The notes under the pieces: model-generated | Seen by the model: only the letters and a program-made list of their open reading frames with translations | Told to the model about the DNA's origin: nothing | Database searches by the model: none | Made by a program: the position numbers and the translations under genes | In this document: positions 1 through 8,584 of the stretch, in pieces | Layout: each line of letters begins with the position of its first letter | Numbering within the stretch: the stretch's first letter is position 1 | Origin: Candidatus Latescibacterota bacterium | Lineage (GTDB): Bacteria; Latescibacterota; UBA2968; UBA8231 | Length of the DNA: 64,000 bases | Direction: 5' to 3' | Assembly: GCA_965203175.1 (NCBI GenBank) | Contig: OZ241867.1 | Coordinates: 800,001-864,000 of the forward strand

Positions 1-1
1 G

Positions 2-103
2 CCGTGGCTTTTGACACCTGTGGTTTTTGTGATTATTACCGTGCTCGCATTTAATTTTGTCGGCGACGGTCTGCGCGACGCCGCCGATCCTTATTTGCGT
101 TAG
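2..103 (+). CDS. Oligopeptide/dipeptide ABC transporter permease (OppC/DppC type), 3' end only
   Basis: Frame 2 reads [33 protein letters not shown], the typical OppC C-terminal (F)NxxGDGLRDAxDP motif; directly upstream of two ABC ATPases. Confidence 0.85.
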   Translation, partial: PWLLTPVVFVIITVLAFNFVGDGLRDAADPYLR

Positions 104-137
104 GGGATTATGGCACGCGCAAAAGAGGCCGTGTGAT

Positions 138-1145
138 TTGGACAATGTGTTGACCATAAATAATTTGCAGACGCACTTTTTTCTCGATGAGGGTACAGTT
201 CGCGCTGTGGATGGCGTCACGATGGATATTCCCCGGGGAAAGACAGTGGGTATTGTGGGGGAGAGTGGATGCGGGAAGAGCGTGACGGCTTTTTCGGCCT
301 TGCGCTTGGTGTCACCGCCCGGGCGAATTGTCGAGGGTGAGGTTGTTTTGCTCCGTGCAGACCGCGAGATCTATTTGACGGATCTGGACGAGGAGGGCGA
401 GGATATTCGCGCGATTCGCGGGCACGAAATTGCGATGATTTTTCAGGAGCCCATGACATCGCTGAGTCCGGTGCATACGGTGGGGTTTCAAATTGTGGAG
501 GCGATTCGGTTGCACCTCAATTTGCGGGGCGAGGAAGCGCGGTCACACGCCGTACATATGCTGGATCGGGTTGGGATTCCAGATGCGGAGCGGCGGTTTG
601 CACAATATCCGCACGAGATGAGCGGCGGGATGCGACAGCGCGTGATGATTGCCATGGCGCTTTCGTGCCGCCCGGCTCTGTTGATTGCCGATGAACCCAC
701 GACGGCATTAGATGTCACCATTCAGGCGCAGATACTGGACTTGATGCGCGATTTGCAAGACGAATTTCAGATGTCGATTATGCTGATTACACACGATTTG
801 GGTGTGGTCGCAGAAATGGCAGATGAGGTTGCAGTGATGTATATGGGGCGCATTGTGGAACACGCGGCGACCGAGGAGGTTTTTGAAAATCCCAAACACC
901 CCTATACGCAGGCGTTGATGCAATCTATCCCGGGAATGAGCCGGGCGAGAAAGACGCGGTTGCAAACGATCAGGGGGTCCGTGCCCGATCCCTATACGCA
1001 ATTGCCGGGGTGTCCTTTTCATCCCCGATGTGAAGTAGCGCGGGACGGGATGTGCAATACAGGCGAAAGGCCAGAATTGCTCGCTGTTGGAAATGGGCAT
1101 GCGGTTGCGTGTGTGCTTTATGGAGAGGATGTGCGCGATGCGTGA
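138..1145 (+). CDS. oppD: Oligopeptide/dipeptide ABC transporter ATP-binding protein (OppD/DppD type)
   Basis: Walker A GESGCGKS, signature MSGGMRQR, Walker [15 protein letters not shown]-terminal GCPFHPRC motif; start moved to TTG 138 after GAGG. Confidence 0.9.
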   Translation: MDNVLTINNLQTHFFLDEGTVRAVDGVTMDIPRGKTVGIVGESGCGKSVTAFSALRLVSPPGRIVEGEVVLLRADREIYLTDLDEEGEDIRAIRGHEIAMIFQEPMTSLSPVHTVGFQIVEAIRLHLNLRGEEARSHAVHMLDRVGIPDAERRFAQYPHEMSGGMRQRVMIAMALSCRPALLIADEPTTALDVTIQAQILDLMRDLQDEFQMSIMLITHDLGVVAEMADEVAVMYMGRIVEHAATEEVFENPKHPYTQALMQSIPGMSRARKTRLQTIRGSVPDPYTQLPGCPFHPRCEVARDGMCNTGERPELLAVGNGHAVACVLYGEDVRDA

Positions 1146-2151
1146 ACCTAACGCCCTGTTGCGGGTGCGCAATCTGAGAAAATATTTTCCCATTACGCGC
1201 GGTTTTTTCAATACGGTTGTCGGTCAGGTCAAAGCCGTAGATGGCGTGAGCTTTGATTTGTTTGCAGGCGAGTGCTTGGGGCTGGTTGGGGAAAGCGGAT
1301 CGGGTAAAACAACGGTTGGGCGCACGATTTTGCGGGCGCTAGCACCCACGGCTGGCGAGGTGTGGTTCCGCAGAGATAGCGAGGAGGTCGATGTTGCACG
1401 GGCACTCCACGATGTGCTCAAGTCGCTGCGTCGAGATATGCAGATGATTTTTCAAGACCCCTACGCCTCTTTGAATCCGCGTATGACGGTGCTCGATATT
1501 ATCGGTGAACCGCTGCTGGTCAATGGGGTTGCAGATCGCCGCGAACGGGAGGCGCGCGTGCGGGAATTGCTCGTTCAGGTGGGGTTGAATCCCCATTTTT
1601 TGCGGCGGTATCCACACGCTTTTAGCGGGGGGCAGCGGCAGCGCATTGGCATTGCGAGGGCACTGGCACTGCATCCCAAATTGATCGTGGCGGATGAACC
1701 CGTTTCCGCGCTGGATGTCTCTGTGCAGGCGCAGGTGCTCAATTTGCTTCAGGAGTTGCAAGAAAAGTTCGGGTTGACCTATTTGTTTGTCGCGCACGAT
1801 TTGAGTGTGGTGCGTCATATTTCCGATCGCGTGGCCGTGATGTACGTGGGTAAAATTGTGGAATTGGCTCCGGTTGATCAGCTTTTTCAAAGTCCCGCGC
1901 ATCCCTATACCGAAGCACTCTTGTCGGCGGTGCCCAATCCAAATCCCAGACAAAAGAAGAAGCGCGTTTTGCTGTCTGGCGAGGTGGCCGATCCCGGCGA
2001 TACGCCTTCGGGTTGTGCGTTTCATCCGCGCTGCCCTTATGCTGAGGATCGATGCAAGTGGGAAGTTCCCGAATTGCGCGAGATCGCGCCAAAGCATGCG
2101 GTGCGCTGTCATTTGAGCGATTCATTGCAGTTGGAAGGCATGGCGGATTAG
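1138..2151 (+). CDS. oppF: Oligopeptide/dipeptide ABC transporter ATP-binding protein (OppF/DppF type)
   Basis: [36 protein letters not shown]; ATG 1138 overlaps the end of the previous gene. Confidence 0.9.
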   Translation: MREPNALLRVRNLRKYFPITRGFFNTVVGQVKAVDGVSFDLFAGECLGLVGESGSGKTTVGRTILRALAPTAGEVWFRRDSEEVDVARALHDVLKSLRRDMQMIFQDPYASLNPRMTVLDIIGEPLLVNGVADRREREARVRELLVQVGLNPHFLRRYPHAFSGGQRQRIGIARALALHPKLIVADEPVSALDVSVQAQVLNLLQELQEKFGLTYLFVAHDLSVVRHISDRVAVMYVGKIVELAPVDQLFQSPAHPYTEALLSAVPNPNPRQKKKRVLLSGEVADPGDTPSGCAFHPRCPYAEDRCKWEVPELREIAPKHAVRCHLSDSLQLEGMAD

Positions 2152-2185
2152 GGATGGAGTGTTGCTATCAAGAGCCGCCTTCCTC

Positions 2186-2824
2186 TCACAATATCCCGTA
2201 GCGATCAAAAACCTCCCTCGGCGACTGCCCCGCAGCCAATTCATCGCGCACGACGTTTTCCCCGGCGAGCTTTTCCATGGCCTTCTTGTGGACTTCGCCT
2301 TTAATCGCCGTCGGAATCACCGCCACGCCGTCGTAGTCAGCTAAAATAAAATCGCCAGGGTGAACCTGCGCGCCGCCGCAGGTGATGGGCTGGTTGATCG
2401 TTTTAGCCAGGATACGGCCCGCCGAGTCGAGCGGCGAATAGCCTTTGCAGAAGCAGTGGTAGCCCATGGCGTTCATCTGGCGCACATCGCGGACCAAGCC
2501 GTCGGTGAGCACGGATTCGACGCCGCGAGCTTGGGCAGCCGTGGAGAGAAGCTCGCCCCAGAGGCCGGAGCGCTCTTCGCCGTTAGTCGCAATGACGAAA
2601 ACGTCGCCGGGGCTAGCTTGATCGTAGGCGGCAAAAATTTGACCGTAAGGATCGGGGTCGGGACTGGCATCGGCGTACGCGTCGATGGTGAGCGCCGGAC
2701 CGGCGATGAAGGCGTCAGGGCGGCTGGGCCGGATATCGGGCGTCATGGCCTGATCGCGGTAGCCGAGTTGGTCCATGATGTCGGTGACTAAAGCCGAGTA
2801 GATAGGCTTCCATTCGTCGTACAT
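2186..2824 (-). CDS. RraA-like / HMG-CHA aldolase family protein
   Basis: WGELLSTAAQARG, DGLVRD, VHPGDFILADYDGV motifs; start taken at MYDEWK (ATG 2824) after GGAG. Confidence 0.85.
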   Translation of the reverse strand: MYDEWKPIYSALVTDIMDQLGYRDQAMTPDIRPSRPDAFIAGPALTIDAYADASPDPDPYGQIFAAYDQASPGDVFVIATNGEERSGLWGELLSTAAQARGVESVLTDGLVRDVRQMNAMGYHCFCKGYSPLDSAGRILAKTINQPITCGGAQVHPGDFILADYDGVAVIPTAIKGEVHKKAMEKLAGENVVRDELAAGQSPREVFDRYGIL

Positions 2825-2842
2825 TTTTAGTCTCCTAGTTCC

Positions 2843-2876
2843 TAGCATTCCTCCAACAGTTGTTGGAGGAATGCTA
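2843..2876. repeat. Perfect palindrome with 16-bp arms (P0), downstream of the STAND gene
   Basis: tagcattcctccaaca-gt-tgttggaggaatgcta. Confidence 0.95.
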
Positions 2877-2912
2877 CTCCTTATGATTGCGATCTCCATT
2901 CACTGTTCTATA

Positions 2913-5900
2913 TCACCGTTCGTATTCATTCAGATCTGTGCGAATAGCGTAACTTTTTTCAAGACACATCTGATCTATCAGATCAAGGCATTTAGCTGCC
3001 CATTCATCACTTTGATGTTGGTGGTATGTTCGTAAAATCAACTTTGACACCATCGGAACATCACCTGCCCGACTCGTACGCATATCATTCGCCTCTTCGA
3101 TAAACCGTTCGAGAAATTTTTTACATACAATATACGTAATGCCAGGTAATCGGTAAGAAGATTCCTCAAGAAGGTGAAGTAAGGAAAACGAGTTTTCTTG
3201 ATAGGCTGCACTATCGCAAAACTTGACTATCAGATTCTCGTAGAATTCTAGAGGTTGTTTTTCCAAATTTCGGAAGCACTCTGCAGCTTTTCGACGAACC
3301 TCAATATCATCGTCATCAAAAAACAGCAGAAGTTTTTGCCCTGACCATTGCCGGTACTCCTCTTGGCCGATGTTGGCAGATGCCACTTGAGCCACCCCTA
3401 CTCTCTGTGACGAGTTGCCACGGAGTGCTTCTTCCACAAGATCCTCGGCATCGTCGCGCTGAAGGAGCAAAGCAATGCTCACCAATCGAGCACCTCCCTC
3501 ACTTGCTTCAGGAAGATTTGATCGAAGCATTCTCTCTATGACGGTTCTAAGGTCTTCGAAGTGCTCGTGCAGGCCGTAACGAATAAAATGCCCTATGTAT
3601 GGGGTTGTCAGTAAACGGTCGTCGCTATGTTGGTTGTCCCGAGATTCGATGAGACTGAGAAACTGCCTTAAAGCAAATCTCGATTCCTGACCGAGAATAG
3701 CTAAAAGAATAGAACTTGTACAAGCCCGAACGGCCAAACTGTTGTCGTTGACCAACTGGTCAATAGTAGGACGAAAGCGATCGATGTATGATCTATTTCG
3801 TTGTATAAGATTACGAATGGCCTCAGCAGCGTGGCCACGTGTTGTATTGATACCATGTGTAAGAATATCACCTCCTCCGCTCGTGGCTTCTTCACTCCAC
3901 AACTCTTTATCCGGATCCGAATTGGTTGCCAGCCAGTCGAGCATCTGCACAGCATCATCGGGAAGTGGTTCTTCAATTAATCCCAATAGGTCTGTAATCG
4001 CTTTCCCACAACTATCGCGGTATTCATTATACGCCTTGCGACACACTTCTAATTTGAGTTCGATAGAGCACTCTGTCTCTTTCAGACCATTGAGGGTATG
4101 CTCTATGTAGGAGGGATGGGTACCCAACGGAAATCTAAGGCTCAAGCGGGCAAATCTTTCCGGCTCTTGCTTCACGAACTCCTGTAACATCTGGGCAAGC
4201 TCCGGCGCTCCACCCTTTTCAGGATTCTCCCAAAGGTATTTTCTCTCTTCTGAATCATATTCTTGGATTGCTCTTAGCCATTGCTCATCTGTCATTCTCT
4301 CTGCGGCTATCTTTTCAATTGGGGAGCCTACTTGATACACTTCTAATCTTCGCGGAGAGGAATCTGGTGATCTAAATTTTCGTTCAAGTTCCATATAACG
4401 GCTCTGAGCATTCCTGCTCCTCAATTCAACTGGAATGCTAGACAGTAGATTAAAACAGGCATGTCCTCTCCGCTTGTACCCTTCAGGAGTGCGCTCCCAA
4501 GGTGAGATGTAATCCAGAATAGCCTTTTCGAGCTTTGTACAGTTCTCACCGGAACAAAGCGGAGTAGCTGCTTCTATTAATTGCATCGCTATCCAATAAG
4601 GGTTATCGGAGTATCCGCATTGAAATCGCCAAGTCTTGTCGCATAGGTCGGACACAGCTTCATTGGCAAAGTGCTTAGCACCTACTGTATAAGCACGAAG
4701 CAGGAGAAAATTTGCTAGATAGGTATCACGGCTACGTAGCTCTGCAAGAATCTTGCCAATACTATCTGACCTAGTCTCGGCTAGCTTCTCTACTGCTATA
4801 GCGGCTACATCCCTGCATGTTCCACGGATTGAAACACTTTCGCCGTTAATCAAGTGCCCCCAAACAGCATCCCGCTTGGGGACGGTGGAATTTTCCCTAT
4901 AGACGGCTTCATCAGCAATTTTTAGAATTACAGGTAGGACATGCTGTGCAAACTCTTCAGGAGCCTTGATTGCAGAGTCGTGTATAAGTTTTGGTCCAAA
5001 ACCGTCATGGTTGAACAGATCATTCCAGTTAGGTTCACCTGTACCATCCTGAGCCGCTCGAATAACGGAAAGACATCTTTGTAGCCAATGAGCAGTTACT
5101 TCGACAATCCAATCAGGACGTGTCTTATCGAGTCCATACATCATGCTCCAAAACGTGCTATTGACTGCGATCGGTCCAACTGCATTGTCCAAAGTTCCAT
5201 CGTCAATCAGATTCAAAAATAAATCAAAGAACCTTCGACTATTTTCAAGAGTAGCCCATTGCATAACGTAACTTAACCGCTGAGGCCATTCGCCTCCTTT
5301 TCCTACGAATGGCTCAAGGAGTTCAGCGACTCTGTCCCCTGAGTGTTCCTGATGAAATCGAGTATAGTTCACTCCCATGTTGACTAGACCGTTGTTCTCG
5401 GATGTAAGCCAATCTACAATCAGACCTTTTTCATCCGTAATCTGAAACCAATTCTGAGACATATGAAAACGGTTCCAAACCAAAGACGCGAATTTGTCTG
5501 TATTTGGTCTGTTGCTCTTAATTGCCTCAAGTTCAGATTCGATCCATGGTGAAATTACGTTCCATTCACCTTCTTCTGGATTAGGCATCGAAAAGGCGAG
5601 AGCAATGGCAAGGTCCTTCAAATGGTACCTAATCCTTTCGTCTCTCAATAATCCACTGAGTTCTCTACAATACCACCCTCGATCAGCATCACTAAGATAA
5701 ACGAGGACTTGCCGCACCTGTGCTCTGCGAAATAGATGTTGTTCTGATGGCACAAGGAATGACACCAATGAATCTCCCCTTGCCATGAAGGCGCGGGCGA
5801 AGCAGTAATCGAAAAAAGTCTCATGGCCGAATCCATAACTCCTTCCATCAAACGAAAGCACTCCCTCTGACGCCATCTGGACAAGACAATCATTCGGGAA

Positions 5901-7460
5901 CTGGTCTAGTTTCTCTTTCGGAACTGAAAGCCGTTGGGATTCAGTCATTGCGTCGCACAAAACCTGGATTATGTTGGCCCAATTATCAGAGGAGAAAGCA
6001 GTGCGCTCATTGACTGCATTGCGTTTCTCATCCCAGTAAAGATCAAACAGGTCCTTTTCCGAGAAGAACTCAGGCTGTGAATCGGAGTTATAATTGGCGT
6101 CAAGGAACAGCGACAGATTCTGAGGAAGGCATAGCAATTCTAATTGCTTTGCATCAAACAGATCAGTGTTGAAGCTACCACCCCCAAGCGAGGATTTCAC
6201 CTCGTCCAAAGAGAAGTCCGTGACTGAGATTTTGGCGTCAACCTTAGCGAGAAGGCGACGCAAACGATGATCGTTCTCCCAATCAAATTCTCTACAAACA
6301 ACCACTATATGTAATTTTACTCTTTCACGTAAACCTCGTACCTCTTTCAAAAGGTCTTCCACGACATCAAAGAAGTCTGAACTGCGGCCAGAAGTCGTAC
6401 TAACGGCATCAAGCTGGTCAATAATGAGCACCGCTTCACCTGATGTGGCTTTAGCTGCTGCCTCCAATACTAGGGCTGGCGATTCCTCTAATTCAAGACT
6501 TTCCCCCAACTTTTTAGTGGACGATACCGGGTCTATTCTATCTAATCGAAAAGCGAGTACCGCAACAGGATCATTGCTTTGATGAAGAGCCTCCACGCAT
6601 TCGATGACACACCCGGTCTTTCCACCACCTGCCTTGCCGGTTACAACGCAGTCGCTGCCTCTAGGGACAGGGCCTTTGATCTTTTCAAGAAGCTCCTTAG
6701 TCGATGAACGAGGAATGAGGGAGTCTTGAATCAGCCTTCGTTTTGTGCTGTCAAGATAGCGACCTGTTGCTTCAGAGATAAGCGAGAGGGCATCACTTGG
6801 TCTGGTAAGTCGCCGCAATGAGAAGCCCTTGTCCGAAAGGTATGAAATCAGATCATCCCAGTTGATGCACTTATGAATTGAGTCTTCAGCAAAATTACGG
6901 AGAAAGTCACAGACTTCCGGACTACTAAGAAACCGCGCTTGCAGCAACTCTCGCACTTTATCTTCAAGCTCTCGTTCATCGATTGTGCTGACCTCTATGC
7001 GATGAAGTAATTTATATGCCGTGGCTGTGTCAGTTTCCCAAATACCTTTGAGTCTTTCGAGGGCTTCCTTTTGAGTCTGAGCATCAACAAACACTGACTC
7101 AAATTCCTTCTGATTCTTTGAATCAATAGCCCGCTCCGTTAGCACTTTTAGCTCTGGAGCGTCACTACCTGAAGCAAAAACGAATCGTGTGTTTTCGCTT
7201 GCAGAAAGCTGCTCAAACATCACCTGTAGTATGCTCCGAAGATCAGATAGATTCCACTTGCCTTCTGGATGACTGCGCTTTGCCTGATGTAGCTCTCGAC
7301 AGTCTCCTACAGCGACCACAAATTCGGCTTTATCGAAATTCGGATCCTCAATTCGTATACTGTCGGCCTCTTTATCGATAATCCGTACTAACTGACGGAT
7401 CGTCCACCACGATTCGTAGCGATTTCCCAGCTTGTTAGCGGGACCACCAGGCAACGGCAC
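2913..7460 (-). CDS. Avs/NACHT-like STAND NTPase with N-terminal PD-(D/E)XK-like nuclease and long C-terminal helical sensor region (putative antiphage protein)
   Basis: N-terminal GNRYE...E..D..EF...HQAK (restriction-endonuclease-like QxK); Walker A GKAGGGKT; Walker B VLIIDQLDAVS; LLCLPQNLSLF and FGHETFFDY post-NTPase motifs; ~900-aa helical C-terminus; AT-richer than flanking genes. Confidence 0.75.
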   Translation of the reverse strand: MPLPGGPANKLGNRYESWWTIRQLVRIIDKEADSIRIEDPNFDKAEFVVAVGDCRELHQAKRSHPEGKWNLSDLRSILQVMFEQLSASENTRFVFASGSDAPELKVLTERAIDSKNQKEFESVFVDAQTQKEALERLKGIWETDTATAYKLLHRIEVSTIDERELEDKVRELLQARFLSSPEVCDFLRNFAEDSIHKCINWDDLISYLSDKGFSLRRLTRPSDALSLISEATGRYLDSTKRRLIQDSLIPRSSTKELLEKIKGPVPRGSDCVVTGKAGGGKTGCVIECVEALHQSNDPVAVLAFRLDRIDPVSSTKKLGESLELEESPALVLEAAAKATSGEAVLIIDQLDAVSTTSGRSSDFFDVVEDLLKEVRGLRERVKLHIVVVCREFDWENDHRLRRLLAKVDAKISVTDFSLDEVKSSLGGGSFNTDLFDAKQLELLCLPQNLSLFLDANYNSDSQPEFFSEKDLFDLYWDEKRNAVNERTAFSSDNWANIIQVLCDAMTESQRLSVPKEKLDQFPNDCLVQMASEGVLSFDGRSYGFGHETFFDYCFARAFMARGDSLVSFLVPSEQHLFRRAQVRQVLVYLSDADRGWYCRELSGLLRDERIRYHLKDLAIALAFSMPNPEEGEWNVISPWIESELEAIKSNRPNTDKFASLVWNRFHMSQNWFQITDEKGLIVDWLTSENNGLVNMGVNYTRFHQEHSGDRVAELLEPFVGKGGEWPQRLSYVMQWATLENSRRFFDLFLNLIDDGTLDNAVGPIAVNSTFWSMMYGLDKTRPDWIVEVTAHWLQRCLSVIRAAQDGTGEPNWNDLFNHDGFGPKLIHDSAIKAPEEFAQHVLPVILKIADEAVYRENSTVPKRDAVWGHLINGESVSIRGTCRDVAAIAVEKLAETRSDSIGKILAELRSRDTYLANFLLLRAYTVGAKHFANEAVSDLCDKTWRFQCGYSDNPYWIAMQLIEAATPLCSGENCTKLEKAILDYISPWERTPEGYKRRGHACFNLLSSIPVELRSRNAQSRYMELERKFRSPDSSPRRLEVYQVGSPIEKIAAERMTDEQWLRAIQEYDSEERKYLWENPEKGGAPELAQMLQEFVKQEPERFARLSLRFPLGTHPSYIEHTLNGLKETECSIELKLEVCRKAYNEYRDSCGKAITDLLGLIEEPLPDDAVQMLDWLATNSDPDKELWSEEATSGGGDILTHGINTTRGHAAEAIRNLIQRNRSYIDRFRPTIDQLVNDNSLAVRACTSSILLAILGQESRFALRQFLSLIESRDNQHSDDRLLTTPYIGHFIRYGLHEHFEDLRTVIERMLRSNLPEASEGGARLVSIALLLQRDDAEDLVEEALRGNSSQRVGVAQVASANIGQEEYRQWSGQKLLLFFDDDDIEVRRKAAECFRNLEKQPLEFYENLIVKFCDSAAYQENSFSLLHLLEESSYRLPGITYIVCKKFLERFIEEANDMRTSRAGDVPMVSKLILRTYHQHQSDEWAAKCLDLIDQMCLEKSYAIRTDLNEYER

Positions 7461-7527
7461 GGCTATTTCCTCCCTCGAATATCAGAGTGACAAAATTCCA
7501 CAGCATCAATTGATAACAGACGAAAGA

Positions 7528-7605
7528 CAAGTACGACCAGTCCAATTGTCGCCACAGTGTAGAGACAATCTCCCCATCCGAGAAACGGCCGGCAAAACGG
7601 ATCAT
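7528..7605 (-). pseudogene. DUF1016/YhcG N-terminal fragment containing imperfect palindrome P1 (7545-7569)
   Basis: Reads MIRFAGRFSDGEIVSTLWRQLDWSYL, resembling the DUF1016 M..FA..F.D..IV.TLS.QLSWSH segment. Confidence 0.65.
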
Positions 7606-7648
7606 CTACTTGTCCGTTTCTGACTTTCTTTGCAGTCGCACAACCGCC

Positions 7649-7893
7649 TCACGGGACGCGACAATCCGCACGAACTTGGGCTACTGCTTCGTCAACAAGG
7701 GCTTGGGCTTCCTCAGCCGAGAGGTGTTTGTTGCGTTCCCAAATGGAGTCAACGGTCTCCCAAAAGATCGCTTGGCGGACCGCACGGACGACGAAACGCG
7801 ATAGGTCGCCCCTTTTCCCACCCGTTCGGGCCAAATAGCTCCGAACGGTGCGGTCCCCGTATCTTCCGAGACGACGATGCTCCAACGGGTCAT
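7649..7893 (-). pseudogene. Ribbon-helix-helix protein (XACb0070-like antitoxin family), frameshifted
   Basis: MTRWSIVVSEDT (ATG 7893) continues as DRTVRSYLARTGGKRGDLSRFV...EEAQALVDEAVAQVR in another frame; shift at the G4 run (cccc 7855-7858); span is 245 nt = 3n+2. Confidence 0.75.
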
Positions 7894-7943
7894 CAATAGC
7901 CTCTCTTCGAGTTTTGCAGTCAAGTACGGCCAGCCCAATTGTC
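7865..7943. repeat. 79-bp direct repeat, copy 1 (RHH 5' end, upstream spacer and palindrome arm)
   Basis: 6 mismatches versus 8163-8241. Confidence 0.9.
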
Positions 7944-8073
7944 GCGACACTGTCGCGACAATATCAGCTTCGCGGAATGCCTTGGCAAAATTTATCATCC
8001 GAGTGAGAGCCGAATAGCTGTAACCTCGCCCAAATTAGGCAGTCAATTGTTGCGACAGTGTCGCAACAATCTC
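7921..8073 (-). pseudogene. DUF1016/YhcG N-terminal fragment with in-frame stop; contains palindromes P2 (7938-7962) and P3 (8046-8070)
   Basis: EIVATLSQQLTA*FGRGYSYSALTRMINFAKAFREADIVATVSRQLGWPYL; TAA at 8035-8037. Confidence 0.8.
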
Positions 8074-8154
8074 AGTTCTGGAACAGCCTGTTCCAGAATT
8101 TCTGCGACAGGCTGTCGCAGAAATTCAAAATGGCAACAGCTTGTTGCCATTTTG
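8046..8154. repeat. Array of four adjacent or overlapping perfect palindromes (P3-P6)
   Basis: attgttgcgaca-g-tgtcgcaacaat (8046-8070); ttctggaacag-c-ctgttccagaa (8076-8098); gaatttctgcgacag-g-ctgtcgcagaaattc (8096-8126); caaaatggcaaca-gct-tgttgccattttg (8126-8154). Confidence 0.95.
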
Positions 8155-8162
8155 CGTTCACC

Positions 8163-8241
8163 TCCGAGACGACGATGCTCCAGCGGGTCATCAATAGCTT
8201 CTCTTCAAGTTTTGCAATCAAGTACGACCAGCGCAATTGTC
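8163..8241. repeat. 79-bp direct repeat, copy 2 (truncated second RHH start)
   Basis: Matches 7865-7943; encodes MTRWSIVVSE on the minus strand, then runs into palindrome P6. Confidence 0.9.
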
Positions 8242-8537
8242 TCCACAGTGTAGAGACTCTCCCAACTCTCCCCGCTCGGATCCGCAGCAAGATGTGCGAC
8301 AACATCCATACCTTCAACAGCGCGTCGTACCTGATTAAAATCGGCAATATCGCACAGGATGAATTTCTCGTCTGGAATTTCGAGCGTCCATGACCCCGGA
8401 ACGCGAACAGATGGCTCCAATTTGTAGTCGAGTGCATACGCATCGTACTTTTCCGGTTGTTCTTTCAGCCGTTTGTATGTCATGTAACCAATCTGCCCAG
8501 TAGCGCCTGTAACAAGCACCCTCTTAGGTGTAACCAT
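8205..8537 (-). pseudogene. NAD-dependent epimerase/dehydratase (extended SDR), 3'-truncated
   Basis: VLVTGATGQIG Rossmann motif, CDIAD, DVVAHLAA; similarity ends at WESL (~8255), where imperfect palindrome P7 (8236-8258) begins; only 110 aa, no YxxxK. Confidence 0.75.
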
Positions 8538-8584
8538 ACGTTTATTTTTCTTTCGTTTATGGGTGTTCCTCCATTACAACGTGC

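Noticed and set aside
8046-8154. CRISPR array
   Set aside because: The units differ from each other, there is no constant repeat with unique spacers, and no cas genes are present.
7681-8443. ORF-track proteins 7681-7998, 7939-8253, 8058-8393 and 8072-8443 as real genes
   Set aside because: They are chimeric read-throughs of DUF1016, RHH and epimerase fragments and the palindromes.
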